NCBI GenBank assembly: GCA_043228905.1
Contig: JBHGNT010000005.1
Coordinates: 18,042,001 to 18,106,000, forward strand
Origin: Azolla caroliniana
Taxonomy: Eukaryota > Plantae > Polypodiophyta
Direction of reading: 5' to 3'
Length of the DNA stretch: 64,000 nt
The notes beneath the pieces are model-generated. The model saw nothing but the letters and a program-made list of their open reading frames with translations, had not been told where the DNA came from and ran no database searches. The translations under genes and the position numbers were made by a program. Positions 48,230-62,629 of this stretch are shown in pieces (the stretch's first letter is position 1; every line of letters begins with the position of its first letter).

Positions 48230-51020
48230 TGTTACGCGCGTGCGTGTAGAAAGAGGCAGGACCACAGGGGCCTTGAACCGAGGAGCGAGAGAGAGAGAGA
48301 GAGAGAGAAGAGAGAAGAGATTTGCAGATACGCAAAGGGGAGAAGGAAAGAGAAAGAAACGGAACACTTAATTACAGTAACAATCGATTACAATATCAAG
48401 AGATTACAAACTCTGACGATTACAACCGGCAAGGCGGCAATGGACCCGACACGGGGATCCTACTCACACACACAGATAGAACACACTCGACTCAAAGAAA
48501 CAAAAGAGGGAGAGCTTCTGCTGGAAGCACACGGGCTGTCCACGAAGCAGAGGCAGCGAACTCCCGATACCCACAGAGACTGACGATCAGAGGAGAAGAG
48601 AGAGCTCGGCACTCAGTTCTGCAGCAGCACTTCGTCCTTGCCAACGTGCCCCCTTTCTTCCTTCTCTCCCTCCTTAAATAGTTCGCAAAAGGGGACCGTT
48701 CTTCCCTCGTCAAATCGCTTTATTCCTTGTCCCTTTTTACAGGGATACGCACCAATCTTCTAATAAATATGTACTACCTAGTATTTACATCAGCCGACCT
48801 AATTATGAATTATGTCCATAATATCAATTCTCGCGTCCACCTATGTGAGTGCTGGTTCATGCGCCTTTTTCTCCGATTCCGCCTATGGCCGGTTTTCTTC
48901 ACGACAACGGGATATTATATGGTCGTGCTCGTAACACACTCCCCCTCTTTAAAACATTGCACTCTTGCAATGGAAAGTTAGGGAAATTAGTTTTGAGAGT
49001 ACTCTTGCGTTCCCATGTGGCATCTTTTATTGATTTATCCATCCATTTTATTTTAAATTCTCGTATTTCTTTAGTACGTAATTGTTTTGTTTTAACATCG
49101 AGAATCCTTTCTAGTACATGTGGTTTAGAAGATACATCTTCAGAAGTAACTAGAGTTTCAGTTGTAACTGTATTGTCGCCAGAACGTAGAAGTTCTTTTA
49201 GACGACTCACATGAAAAATTGGATGAATTCCAACAACATCGGGAAAACCAAGACGATAGGCTGATGACCCAATGGGTTTAAGGACTGTAAAAGGTTCACA
49301 AAACCGTGGGGCTAACTTAGTGCACTTACCCGTAGACAATGTCTTAGAATTGTGAGGTACACGTAAAAATACCTTCTGTCCAGGGTTGAATACACGAGGT
49401 TGCCTATGATGATCAGCATAAAAACGGGCTCTATCTTGAGCTGTTTTTATATTATCTCATGCAATATGCAACATATCTTGCATATCCCGAAGAAAGTTTT
49501 GTGTACTTCGCAACTCATCATGATGTATATTAACATCAATCGGGGCTCGTGGCTGAAAACCATACATCAACATAAAAGGACTATATCCCGTCGACGTATG
49601 CTTGGAGCTGTTATAAGCAAACTCCAAAATTGGGAGATAACGTTCCCATTTTGTTGGTTTTATACAAACATATGCTCAAAGCATGTCCTCAATAATTTGA
49701 TTTACTCGTTCTGTTTGTCCATCGGATTGAGGATGATCCGTGGAGCTCATGCTCAACGTAGTTTCTAACTTCTTGAAGACTTGCGTCCAGAAGTCACTAG
49801 TAAACTTTGGATCTAGATCACTCATGATATCCATTGGTAACCCATAAAAACGAAATAACCCGTCAACGAATTGGTAAGCCAATTCGGGAGCTGTTACCGT
49901 GGTTTTAGTAGCAATAAATCTGACCATTTTAGTTAGTCGATCAACCACAACCCAGATGGCATCATGGCCTTTTTGGGTGCGAGGAAGGCTAACAATAAAA
50001 TCCATGGATATACTTTCCCACTTATTATTGGGAATGTCCAAGGGATGTAAAAGTCCTGTGGCTTTAAGTCGCTCGGCTTTATTAACCTGACATTGGTGAC
50101 ATTTAGTCACATAGCTATGTATGTCAAGGCGCATCTTAGGCCAATAAAATTGAGTGGAGATGAGAACGAGTGTACGATGTATTCCATGGTGCCCTGTTGA
50201 GGGTGCATCATGGCATTAAAAAAGAATCCTCTTTTTTACCTCGAGTAAATCTGGAACACAAACCTTCCCATTACGGTAGAGCAGACCGTGAGCAATGTGG
50301 AAGTATTCCTTCGAGGATGTGGTGGTGTATGTTCCAAACTCAACTCTTGCCCAGTATTTTGCAAAATAACTGTCATCAGGATACTTTCCTCAAAGGTGAT
50401 CATAAAGATCTTATGATATTTCAGTGAAGCTAAGCGTGTTAACTTCACGGATGCGACTTAGTGCATCAACGACAATTTTCATGGAACCTTTACGATATTG
50501 TATGGAAAAATCAAAGTTCTGGATGAGATCAACCCATCGTGCCTTACGACCTTTCAAGTCTTGTTGGTCACAAAAATATTTCAAGGACTCGTGGTCCGTA
50601 GTTACCACAAAGCGATTTCCATAAAGATAATGGCGCCATGTTTTGTATAACTGCAAATAATTCCTTTTCTTGAACGGTATACCGACATTGAGCAGAATCA
50701 AGTTTCTTACTCTCGAATGCTATTGGTTTACCATCTTGATATAAGACAACACCTATAGCATAATCGCTTGCATCGGTTTCAACCTCAAAAGGTTTTGAAG
50801 GATCGGGTAAAAGAAGTGAAGGAGCCTTGCATACCAGGTCCTTGAGTTCCTTAAAGGCGAGGTCTAGTGTAGCATTCCACACAATAGGTTTTGTAGACTT
50901 ACGTGTTTGACCTTTTAGAAGATCAGTAAACAACGTCGTCAATTGGGAGTAATTAGGAAGAGATTTTCACAAAAACCCGACAAAACCAAGGAATGATCGA
51001 ACTTCTCGAATATTCCAAAG
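48230..51020 (-). mobile_element. 5'-truncated chromoviral Ty3/gypsy (RNase H, INT, chromodomain, 3' LTR)
   Basis: LTR 48230-48936 (TGTTACG...CGTAACA), PPT AAAGAGGGGGAG. Motifs 'ETDASDYAIG', 'WESISMDFI', 'HPQSDGQTERVN' and chromodomain 'ERILDVKTKQLRTKEIREFKIKW...ATWE'. Frameshifted. Confidence 0.9.
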
Positions 51021-54000
51021 AGTGCCGGATCGCAGTACTTCATGACGTTCATAGACGACCACAACTGAAAGTTGTGGGTCTCACCATTAAAGACGAAGGA
51101 TCAAGTGTTGTCCGTCTTCAAGGAGCTCCACGCGAGAGTGGAAAGAGAAACCGTCCGGAAGTTGAAGGCGGTTTGAGAAGATAACAGAGGAGAATACCGG
51201 GGGTAGTTCGAGGAGTACTGTTGGTCGAAGGGAATCCGGATCGAATTCCCCATGCTGAAGACACCAGAGTTGAACGGGTTGGCCAAATGGATGAACCAGA
51301 CCATAATGGAGAGAGTCTGAAGCATGCTAGCATATGCAAAGTTGCCCAAGACGTTTTGGGCTAAGGTGCTGATGACGACAATGTACGTGATTAACAAGTC
51401 ACCCTCGACACCCTTGGAAGGAGACACACCACAGAGAGTATGGACCGGTAAAGACGTGTCTTACTAGCATTTGAAGGTGTTCGGGTGTCTCGCATATGTG
51501 CATGTTGCAAAGGACAAGAGAGCAAAGTTGGATCCGAAATCCCAGCCATGCATATTCCTTGGATACATGGATGATGAGTTTGGTTATCGAGTGTGGGACA
51601 TGGTCGACAAGAAGGTGTTCCAGAGTCGGGATATAGTCTTCATAGAAGACAAGACCATTGTCGACTGGGAGTCGGAGAAGAAGGTGAAGAACTCCGGATC
51701 ATCCAATGAAAACCGGTTTGAGGACACAAGGACCTACCCGGTTGAAAACCGAAAGTTAGCCAGTAACATATTGACACTCGATGAACCGGCCGGATTCGGA
51801 CAAGAAACCGAACCGACCGAAGAAGAAGAAGAAGGAGACACCGGAATTGGACAAGGCCCTGAATCAGACTCGAATGAAGAACAAATGGAGGAACCGGTAG
51901 TTGAAGACTAAAGGCGGAGATACCCTCTTAGGGAGAGAAGAGCCCCCCGGAGATTTTTGGATGCAGAGCACGTATTACTGACCGATGAGGGGGAGCCGGA
52001 AAGCTTCGAAGAAGCAAAGAAATACACCCACATCCGCAAGTGGTTGAGTGCCATGTAGGACGAGATGGATTCCCTACATGAGAACCACACATATGAACTG
52101 ACGGAATTGCCGAAAGGAAAGAGGGCACTCCGGAACAAGTGGGTGTACAAGCTGAAACGGGGAGACTCCGGAAATCCACCAGGGTACAAAGCCCAGATCA
52201 TGGTGAAGGGGTTCCAGCAGAAGAAAGGAGTAGATTTCGACGAGATCTTCGCCCAGGTAGTAAAGATGACACCCATTAGGATGGAATTGAGCATAGCAGC
52301 AAGCATGGACCTCGAGGTAGAGCAACTGGACGTCAAGATAACATTCCTACATGGCGACCTCGAAGAAGATATCTACATGCATCAACCGGAAGGATTTGAG
52401 AAGAAAGGGAAGGAGCAACTGGTGCGCTGACAAAAGAAGAGCTTATACAGATTGAAGCAAGCCCCACGACAATGGTACCGTAAGTTCGAATCCTTCATGA
52501 CCGACCAAGGGTACCACAAGACGCAAGTTGACCACTACGTGTTCGTGAAGAAATTTGACTGAGGCGACTTCCTGATACTCCTGCTATATGTGGATGACAT
52601 GCTGATAATCGAACGAGACCGAATCAAGATCTGAATGCTAAAGAAGGCCCTGAACCGGACTTTCTCAATGAAAGATTTGGGTCCGGCAAGACAAATATTA
52701 GGGATGCACATAATCCGGGGTCGGTCGGAGAAGCTGTTGTGGTTGTCACAGGAGAAGTACGTGACAAAGGTGCTTCAAAGGTTCAACATGTCGGCGGCGA
52801 AACCGGTCGGATTGACACTTCCGGCAAATTGCAAGTTGTCCGGAAAGCAGAGCCCGAAGACAAAGGCAGAGAAGTCGGATGTGACGAAGATACCATATGC
52901 CTCTACCGTCAGCAGTTTAATGTACACAATGGTGTGCACCCGGCCGGATATTGCATATGTTGTCGGAGTAGTCAACCGGTTCATGAACAATCCGGGAAGA
53001 GAGCACTGGAATGCGGTCAATTGCATACTCCGGTATCTAAAAGACACCTTGAGTATGTGCCTCCGGTTTGGCTCCGGTAAACCCCAACTTGACGAGTTCA
53101 TAGATTCGGATATATCGGTTGATGCGGATACCAGCCAATCTACATCCGGATATGTCATGACTTATGTAGGGGGAATTGTATCATGGCAGTCGAGGCTGCA
53201 GAAGTCCGTTGCACTGTCGACAATGGAAGTGGAGTACATGATAGTTGTGGAAGCCGGCAAGGAGATAATCTGGATGAAGGACTTCATCGGAGAGCTATGG
53301 ATCTGATAGGAGGAATTCTGGCTCTACTACGACAGTCAAAGTGCCATCCACCTTGCGAAGAATGCGGCCTACCATTCCCGAACGAAGCACATCCAGTGGA
53401 GGTATCACTGTATCTGGGAGAGAGTAGAAGATCAAGACTTTGTGCTGACGAAGATCCACACAAAGGAGAACGGATCAGATATGTTGACCAAGGTGTTGTC
53501 AGTTGACAAATTGGACACGTGCCGGAAACGGATCGGATTAACGAGAAATCCCATGCCGGAGTGAAGGGGGAGTTTGTTGAGAATTTGGTCCCTCCGGATA
53601 GGATCTGGATGAGAACCGGAGGAGCCGGATCGGACGAGTCGGATGAAGGAACCGGATCCGGAAGGGTTCCGGATGAGACCCGAAATCCGGATCAAAGGAC
53701 ATGTGTAAATATGTTTCATGGTTAGCCTATTGAGATTATATTTGTAAATAGCCCAAAAGTCATATAAGTATAAATATGACTTAGGGAAATCACTTTATTA
53801 TAGAGATGGTGTTGTTGTGGTTGTATCATCGTTGTACACAGAGTGTGAGAAAGCGAGTGAGAGAGAGATACAATACTAGTTTCTGTTGTAACCGCCACTT
53901 GGTGAAGACATAGAGCTCAAGGTCGTTGCCTCTGAGTCTCACATTGTATTCCTCCCCTCATAGTGATAGTTGGAGTGTATGGGCTCCAGTGGTTTTTCCC

Positions 54001-54352
54001 ATTTAGGGTTTTCCACGTTAACATTCTGTGTCATCTTATTTTTCACTTTGCTCTCTTCCATTCATTTTTTTAAGACTCGATTGAGGCCGAACGTCATTTC
54101 TGCGTCAATCTGGTATTAGAGCGAACAAGAAAATGGAAGAGTCATTCAGAAGCATGTTCAAGCTCACCAGATCCAACAACCCAGTGTGGAAGTCAAAGAT
54201 GAGGGACATGCTCGTGGTCAAAGATCTCTGGCTGTCGGTACAATTTGGGGACAAGAAATCGGATAAGATCGATGCCGCGACATGGGAGGTGATGCACATG
54301 GAGACGACGGCATACATACGGTGCTTCATCGACATGAGCATGTACAACAACT
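51021..54352 (+). mobile_element. Decayed copia G: INT-RT-RH, LTR 53575-54107, then the start of a second gag
   Basis: A PPT at 53561-53572 precedes the LTR. PBS TGGTATTAGAGC (54111) and gag 'MEESFRSMFKL' (54133) follow it. Confidence 0.88.
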
Positions 54353-55431
54353 GGCTCATGTGCTATGGAGAATAGAGTATTATATTAGGAGTGTTAAAGT
54401 AACGCGTCTAACGGTTGTACGCAGGGAGTGTAACCGATTAGAAGCCTTGTGTATATAAAGGGCGGGATACAATTGTAAACATCTAGCGTATTATGAGAGT
54501 GTCGTTTTAATAGAGTTTAGGTTCTCTGATCTTGGTGTTCTATCTATTGGTCTATTGGTCTCTTGTTTCCGTGTCTCATTCTCTGTACAAGACTGTGTTG
54601 CAGTAAACACAAGGTAAGTACGCGTTGGGTGCTACACCCGTATGGAGGTTAGGTTGTAGCCATCTTCCCCTTACGCCCTACAAATCATGCACTACGCATC
54701 CCTATTCCCTTGCACCACGATCACCTTGTAAGCTACCCCGAAAGACTGAGGGTGGACTGTGTTCCTAACCGGTAACCGGCTTGTCTGCTCAGATGGGCTA
54801 AGATAGGCCTGCTGAGCAGACAAGCCGACCAAGGAGGTCGAGGTGCGCAGAACCAAACGAGTTGTGGGAAGCGGAACCGGACCGGACGAGGAGTGCGAGC
54901 AAGGCGGGAAGACGCCAGAAGGATCCGGAGGAAAGGACCGACTATTGTAGATACTAACACCACGATCCGACCTCAAGTTGACCTTGAGGGGGAGTGTTGA
55001 GCGAGCAATCTCAACCGGATTCGGATCAGCTGAATAAGCTAGAGCCGGATCAATATCCTGAACCAGGAGCCGGATCAGAGAATTGGATCGGATTGAAACC
55101 GGTAGGCCATTAGAGGCCTACGGATCTAGCCTAGTACATAGGCATAGTTTTGTGAGTCAGTGTCAATCGCTCGTATGAGCATTGAAGTACCTGTCAATAC
55201 TTCTGCCAGTCCTTTATGGACTTGTATAAAAGTTCTCTTTGAGCACATTCTATGTATACAAACTATTGTTATTTTGAATTTAGTTTATGTTCTACTCTCT
55301 CTTTGTCTCTCCAGTGTATGCTAAGTACTCTCAAGCAGCCCGGCTAAACCGGTTTTGTCAAAACTTCTGCACACTAACTTTAAGAATATAACTAGGGAAA
55401 ATAGTGTTGTGTGTGTGATCATCATTTGTTG

Positions 55432-55481
<50 letters not shown>

Positions 55482-55733
55482 ACGAGAGAGAAATAGAAAG
55501 CATTTTCGGTTGTAACCGCCGGTTGGCGAAGCCATAGAGCTCGAGGTCATTGCCTCTGAGTCTCTCATTGTACCCTTCCTCTCATAGTGATAGTTGGAGT
55601 TTGTGGGTTCCCGTGGTTTTTCCCGTTTAGGGTTTTCCACGTGAACATCTTGTGTCTATCTTATTTCTATTTTCTGTTTGCTTCCATTGAGTGTTTAAGA
55701 CTCGGTTGTCATGGCCGAGCACTATTCCGCACA
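54353..55733 (+). mobile_element. Stack of LTR fragments from about three families
   Basis: An LTR-like segment ends ACTAACA (~54958). PPT TTGAGGGGGAG is followed by TGTTGAG (LTR 54995 to ~55335). A G-family LTR 3' half with an (AG)n tract ends at ~55733. Confidence 0.6.
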
Positions 55734-58700
55734 AAAGGGACATGTTCATCACAAGCTATACCTTGAAGATCAAGGATCTTTGTGATTCACTCAGCTCAAT
55801 AAGCATCAATGTGGATGATGACTAGATGGTGCAAATATGCCTCGGCGGCCTCACACCACAGTTCGGCGTGATGAGAACCACCGTTCTAGCATGTCCCTCT
55901 TTCTTCGATCTTCAATCAATGCTATTTATTGAAGAAAATCATGTTTGAACTAAGAGCAATGCCTCAGAAGGCCACATGCTCTACTCACACTAGAATGGAG
56001 GATGGATGCAACCGAGCAAGAAGAGGCCGATTCGGCCAAGGACGAGGCGAACGAGCTCCGACCTATGAAAACAACTCCCAATTTCGGCGGACGAGGAAGG
56101 GGGAGCTTCCATGCTGGTTCAAGCCAACAAAACTCAATCGAATGCGGATATTGCGGCAAATTTGGCTACAACGACGAAGAGTGTCGAAAGAAGAAGCGCG
56201 AGTCGGCTTCCACATGCCGAGAACTAACCAATCACGCCACCAACTTTGAGCACGATGGCCATGGAGGAATGTTCATGATGAGACATAGAGAAAATTCTAT
56301 GTCGGCATCTACTCCGACTAGTGCCTCTAGTCCGGAAGATGTATGGTTCGTTGAGCCCAGTGCTTCGAATAATATGACTTCTCATCTAGAATGGTTCCAA
56401 GACTTATGAGAACCGGATCGACCCAGTTATGTCGAAACCGGAGATGACACCACTCATCCAATTCAGCATGTCGGCAATGTCCCATCTGGGAAAGAAGGTG
56501 AACAAACTTGTTTCAAAAATTTCTTGCATGTACCCACCATAATGAAGAATTTGGTCTCAGTCTGCCAAATTATGAAGCAAGGGATGCAAGTTTGATTCAA
56601 CAAACTAATTGCTCGTGGTCAAAGGGAAGGCTGAATGTTTATCCTTGAATCGAATGAGATAAATTCGGCCATGTTTGCAAAGCCGACACCGACATAGAGC
56701 TATGGCATAAAAGAATCGGCCATATCAATCTCAACAAACTCAAGGCGATGCAATCGAAAGGAGTCGTCATTGGACTTCCGACGTTCAAAGAGAATGTGGA
56801 GCATGCCAATTCGGCAAGCAACATCGGCACCCATTCCTGAAGGAGAGGATCGTGAGCAAAGGCCTATTGGACGTAGTCCATATGGATGTGTGGGGACCAG
56901 CACAGAAGGCCACATTCGGAGGATGTCGGTACTATGTTACCTTCATCGGCGACTTCTCTAGAACACATGGATCTTTCCCATGAGGATGAAGAGAGAAGTG
57001 TTTTCACACCTCCAAAAATTCACAAGCAAAGTAAAAAAGACAACTGGCAGTCATGTACAATGTCTTCAGTCGGACAAAGGAAAGGAATACTTCTCCAATG
57101 CTTTCATGACATACCTTCGACAAGAAGGAATTCAACGAGAATTCACTTGCCGACACACACCGCAATAGAACAGTGTAGCCGAATGCAAGAATCGGCACAT
57201 CCTCGAGGTAGTGGGGGCATGCTCAAGGAGAAGAATTTGCCGAAGTCATATTGGGCCCAAGCAAAAAATATTGATGTCTACCTCATGAACCGGTGCACAA
57301 CATCTGGAGTGCACGAACTTACCCCGTATGAGAAGTATTATGGAAAGAAGCCAGACCTATCCCATGTAAGGATATTCGGCTCAATCACATACATGCATAT
57401 TCCCAAGTCGGAGAAGTGTATCCTCGTAGGGTACTCACTGGAGAAAAAGGGGTACAAGTGCTTCAACCCCTCTACTTGGAAGTTTCGTGTTAGTCGTGAT
57501 GTCGTCTTTGACGAATAAGCATCATGGTACGAACTGGAGCTGACTCGTCCCGAATCATTTCTAGTCGACCCGAACTTGGGCAACCAAGAGATAGAAGACG
57601 AAGATCGACTAAGGCATATGCTCGAAGAAAGTCTGATGACGACGAGGTTCAATGGGACACAAGAGCCCCCAACGACCAGAGCACATCTTGGCCAAGTCTG
57701 AAGATGGACAAAAGCAAAGGCAAAATGCCAGAATATGAAGACAATCAATTCGACAACAACAAATCGACTCACTCACTCGATAGTGAGTTTGGTGGCTTTG
57801 ATGTGCCTCCTATGAGGTCACCTGGAGTTAAGAAAGCACTCACGTCAGCAAATGAGAAACTTCATCACTCCACCCAAGAGAAGAATCTGGTTAGCCGATT
57901 CGGCTACAACGGCTATATGGCATACCACTATGCCTTTATGATGAAGGTGGTGACAGTTCGTGAACCGGAAATTTTTTCCGAGGCAGCCCAGGGTCCATGA
58001 TGAGTCGAAGCAATGTACGAGGAGATGGGAGCACTATGCAAGAACGAAACATGGGATCTCGTTCCCCACTCACCACACAAAAAGGCGATCGATTACAAGT
58101 GGATTTACAAAGTGTACTATAATGCCGATGACTCCGTCAACCACTACAAGGCCCGACTCGTAGCGAAAGGATACACACAAACACAAGGAGTCGATTATGT
58201 AGAGACCTTTGCCCCGGTGGCAAAGATGATGATTGTGCGAACCGTGATTGTACTTGTAGTGGCAAATGGGTGGCACCTCCATCAAATTGATGTAAAGAAC
58301 GCCTTTCTTCAAGGTGAATTAGAAGAGGAGGTGTACATGGTACAACCACCCGGCTTCGAATCGAGCACCCATCGAAAGTAGTCTGCCGATTAAAGAAGCC
58401 ACTCTACAACCTTAAGCAAGCATCATGTGCTTGACAATCAAAGATAACACAACATCGAATCGAATCAGCTTCAAAATGTTGAAATATGATAACTCCCTCT
58501 ATGTACGAAACGACTCTGGAAGTCCGATTGTCATCATCCTATACGTGGATGATCTGGTCATGGGAGGAGAAAGTCTAGTCGACATCAACAAGGTCACGTC
58601 CCTCCTCTTTGACAAATTCAAGATGACGGACATGAAGGATATCCATTACTTCCTTGGCATCAAGGTAATTCGAACTCCAACCGACATTATGATCTCTCAA

Positions 58701-60760
58701 CGGCACTACATCCTCAACTTGTTATACAAGTTAGGGATGACTGAGTGCAAATCTATGGCAACCCCTCTTGATCGAAACCTCAAACAGGATGCCGACTCCG
58801 GCACCACAAAGTGTGAGCCAACTCAGTATCAACAACTGATCGGGAGCCTCATCTATCTCACAATTACTTGACCCGACCTCAGCTACCCTGTCGGTCTCCT
58901 TAGCCAATTCATGCAAAAGCCATGTGACATTCATTTGGATTGCGTTAAGCGAGTGTTACGATACATGAGCGGCACAATGGATTGTGGCATCCTCTACAAG
59001 ATGGCAATGCCAATTCTTCTCGAAGGGTACACAGATGTCGATTGGGCCAACTACAGAGCCGATCAACGATCGACCTCCGGATTTGTCTTCTCACTCAACA
59101 ACGGAGCAATATCTTGGAGTAGAAAGAAGCAGTCTACCGTCGCACTTTCGAGTACGGCGACCAAATACAGGGGCACAACTATGGCTGCATGTGAAGACGT
59201 CTGGTTGAAGCAAATCTTGAACGATTTGGGCATTCCCATCAAGGATCTGATTCCCCTTTACTACGATAACATGAGCAATATTTATCTGGCTTGGAACCCA
59301 GTCTTCCATGCACACACGAAGCATATCGAAGTCCCCTATCACTTCACTCAAGAGCGCGTTCAGGCTGGACATGTCAACCTTCAACACATCAACACGAATC
59401 TATAGACGATTGACATCTTCACCAAAACCCTAGGAGCCGACAAGCTTTGGCAATTCATGTCAGACCTTGGATTGACGATCCTTGACTTGCCAAGCTTGAG
59501 AGGGAGTACAAGAGAGAACTGGATACTGTCTGAACCAAGGTTGTTAGGTACGTTAGATACGGTACGGATACCATACGTATATAACGTATTAATACGCGTA
59601 TAGTACCTCCCAATTTAAAAATACGTTAAATACGTTTTTTAATATGTTAAATACTTATAAAATACATAAAATATGTATTTTACATATAGTACATTAAATA
59701 CTTCTAGAATTTGAAAATTATTTACCTTTCTAAAAAATCTTTGTAATATTGTAAAAAGCATCCATGTTTACACAATTTTGTGATGTACATTATAGTTCTA
59801 CATCCTAAAATGCATATAAGACATTTGAATATTTCACATCCTAAAATACTTATAATATGGATGTCGACATTCACTTATTCTATAAATCAGGGTAAATGTG
59901 TATCACGATGTTCTATTTCAAATTGTAATTATTTATGAGTATGGATTCATAGATTGAGGAATCGTCTACGATTATCACACTCACGATAGGTTTCTCTCTT
60001 CTTCATCTTCCTCTTCTATCTTCTATGATTATCATAGTCAGAGTTAGGACATGTTTCTATCTTCTTCTTCATCTTCTTCTTCATCGTCATCATCTCTTTT
60101 GTTCTTCCTTTTTTTTACTTCTTTTTCACTAAAATCTTTTTTTTCTTTTGCTTTTTGTTGGGGTTTTACTTATATTTTTCTATAAATACGTATTATACAT
60201 GTTTTTTCAAATGTACGTTAAATACCGTATTGGACAAATGTACATGATATTTAACTGAACATTGAGGTATAGTACGTACTATACAAATTATGAGGTACAA
60301 TACGTATTTAAACGTTAAATACGGGTACGTAAACAACCATGGTCTAAACCGGGTATTAGCTGAAGCGAACCTCAACCAAAACGAGCCAAGCCAAGTTGAG
60401 CTTGAGGGGACGTGTTGAGAATCAAGCTCAACCTAGTCTAGTGTGTGAACACACCCTTGAGAGTGTATGAACACTCAAAGATCAAAAGTCACACCACTAC
60501 TCTCTACACATAAACTATGTGTCATAGAATCATATTCTATGACACATAACTAATGAGTTTCCACATTCCCCATGACCGATGAGCTTCGGTAGTTAATGAA
60601 GAGAGAGGGTGACTATATAAAGCACCCTCCTCCTACTTTGTAATGTGTTGGTTAATCTCCTTTGTAATATACACCTTCTTGAGCATTCTATTTTCTATCT
60701 ATCTTGTGCCTCTCTCCTCTCCTCTTCTCAAACACACACAGACAACACACATCTCTAACC
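55734..60760 (+). mobile_element. Decayed Ty1/copia element H (different lineage), 5'-truncated
   Basis: gag 'CGYCGKFG', INT, RT '[16 protein letters not shown]' and 'LYVDD', RNase H 'NPVFHAHTKHIEV'. PPT at ~60402, 3' LTR 60413 to ~60760. Confidence 0.85.
59536..60341. mobile_element. hAT-type MITE 3, inserted in the 3' UTR of copia H
   Basis: TIR CAAGGTTGTT / AACAACCATG. 8-bp TSD GTCTGAAC / GTCTAAAC (1 mismatch). Subterminal TACG/CGTA repeats. Confidence 0.82.
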
Positions 60761-62282
60761 TATTCCACTGCATAGAATTATACCATCGATTCTTTATAGG
60801 AAAAATGTGGAGACTCACGTTTCATACATTATACTACAAATGTTGCACCTAACTACAAAACCATATTCTTCGTGGAACGGGGAAACCGTACACATCGATA
60901 CATGTTAGAGACCATTCCGTTGGCTTTTATTCGAACCATTGCTTCCATGCGACTTAGCTCACATGCATTGCGATGTGAGACGGGGTGTTCGGGCACAAGT
61001 GACAAGAGGCATAAGTGATGAGAGTTGTCGACTATGGACACTTTGCCCTAAACAAGTTCAAGAGTCTGAGTATCACACTTTGATACAACGCTCTCCCTTT
61101 GATCGTATTCCACCATGCTTTCCACATATCTTCAACCAAGCCCAATCCTTGCACGAATTTCTCTTACAACCACAATGTGCACTCTAGATTGCAATGTTCA
61201 TTGGTAAAGTTCTTAAACATCGAGAGTTACTACTCACTTTCACACGTATCACGTGAAATGTAATTTGTTTGGTTTCATAGGTCATATTTGACCTCGGAAG
61301 ACAATAATGTAATCTATCTCCCTTTGTGTGTGTGTGTGTGTGTGTTGATCTCCTTGATTAATCTTGTCAGGTTGCATAAGTCTTATCTCTATTCCTATTT
61401 ATCTAATCTCCCATCTTGAAAGTTTGTTACTACATAATGCTAATTTGTTATCCGCTCATTGATGACCTTGTTCATAATACCAGTATGGGGTCCAACCAAA
61501 GCCTTCAAACTATCAATGTCGTCTCCATGCTTATTTGAGCCTCCAGATTCGTGGTTGTGTTCTTTCTATGAACCCTTCTAACAAAAACCCTAAATCCAAA
61601 ACAAATTTTAGCACACATGCAAAATTGTTATTCAAAAGCAAGTATGAGGAAGTATCATATCTCCCTTCACAATGATATGCATCACCCTAGTTGGTATCTT
61701 CCATTTCGAAGTCTTCGGACTTTGCAACCATCTTTGACAAGCAATATATATAATTGAATATTATAAAACATAAACCCTCAATTCTAATTTTATCAAGATT
61801 ATACAAAATATGTACAATTTAATTTTTCGATTAAGAAAACACAAAACCCTAATTCATATGCAATATGTACAATCCATTTTTTTAAAAACCCTAAACCCCA
61901 AAAAACCTAAATAATCCATAAGTTCCAATCCATTTTAACATTATCATCCCATTTTTCGATTCCATTTTAACATTTGTACAAGTTTAATAAAGTTATGCAA
62001 TCCATTTTAACAGAAGACCCTAACCCATTTCACCCTTTTTTCAATTCGGAAAACACAAAACCCTGATTCGGAAAACACACAAAAATAGCAAAAACTAGTT
62101 CAGACAATGATAAAATACATATCTAAATGATTTGTGGTGGTGATGTTGATCGTAATGCAAGTGGCAATGCTGATCATAATGTTGCACGTCTATGATTGTC
62201 AAAAATCCTGCCAAATAGCACAATCTCTTATTTGAAAAATGTCAAAAAATTGACAAGCACTTGGTTTTATACCCTAAACCCT

Positions 62283-62520
62283 TGTAAGTCGCACGACCCA
62301 ATAATTGTAAGTCGGGCGTCTTCTGTAGACCATGGTGTCTAAATATTATAATTAGGGCGTCTTTTATAAAGTAGGATGTTTGAATATTATAAGTAGGGTG
62401 TATTTTATAGAGTAGGGGTTCTGAATATTATAAGCAGGGCATCTTCTGCATAACAAGGTGTCTACAGGGTGTGAGTAGGGCATCGTCTACGGAGCAGAGT
62501 GTTTGCAGGGTGTGAGTTGT
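62283..62520. repeat. Degenerate ~40-bp tandem repeat
   Basis: Recurring taagtagggc(a/g)tctt...gtgtct motif, about 5-6 copies. Confidence 0.6.
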
Positions 62521-62629
62521 TGACGCTTGTGCGGTGTCTAATCTATTGTAGTAGATTGTGTGGAAGCATGTGTAGGATCTTGGTGTGGAGGAGGCAAGCA
62601 TAGAGTAAACATGAGGTAGTGTGTACTAC

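Noticed and set aside
60850-61330. Possible transposase remnant on the minus strand
   Set aside because: No motif could be recognised with confidence; it would need a translated HMM search.
61580-62290. AAACCCTAA motifs as telomeric repeat
   Set aside because: Scattered single motifs in AT-rich DNA, not a tandem TTTAGGG array.
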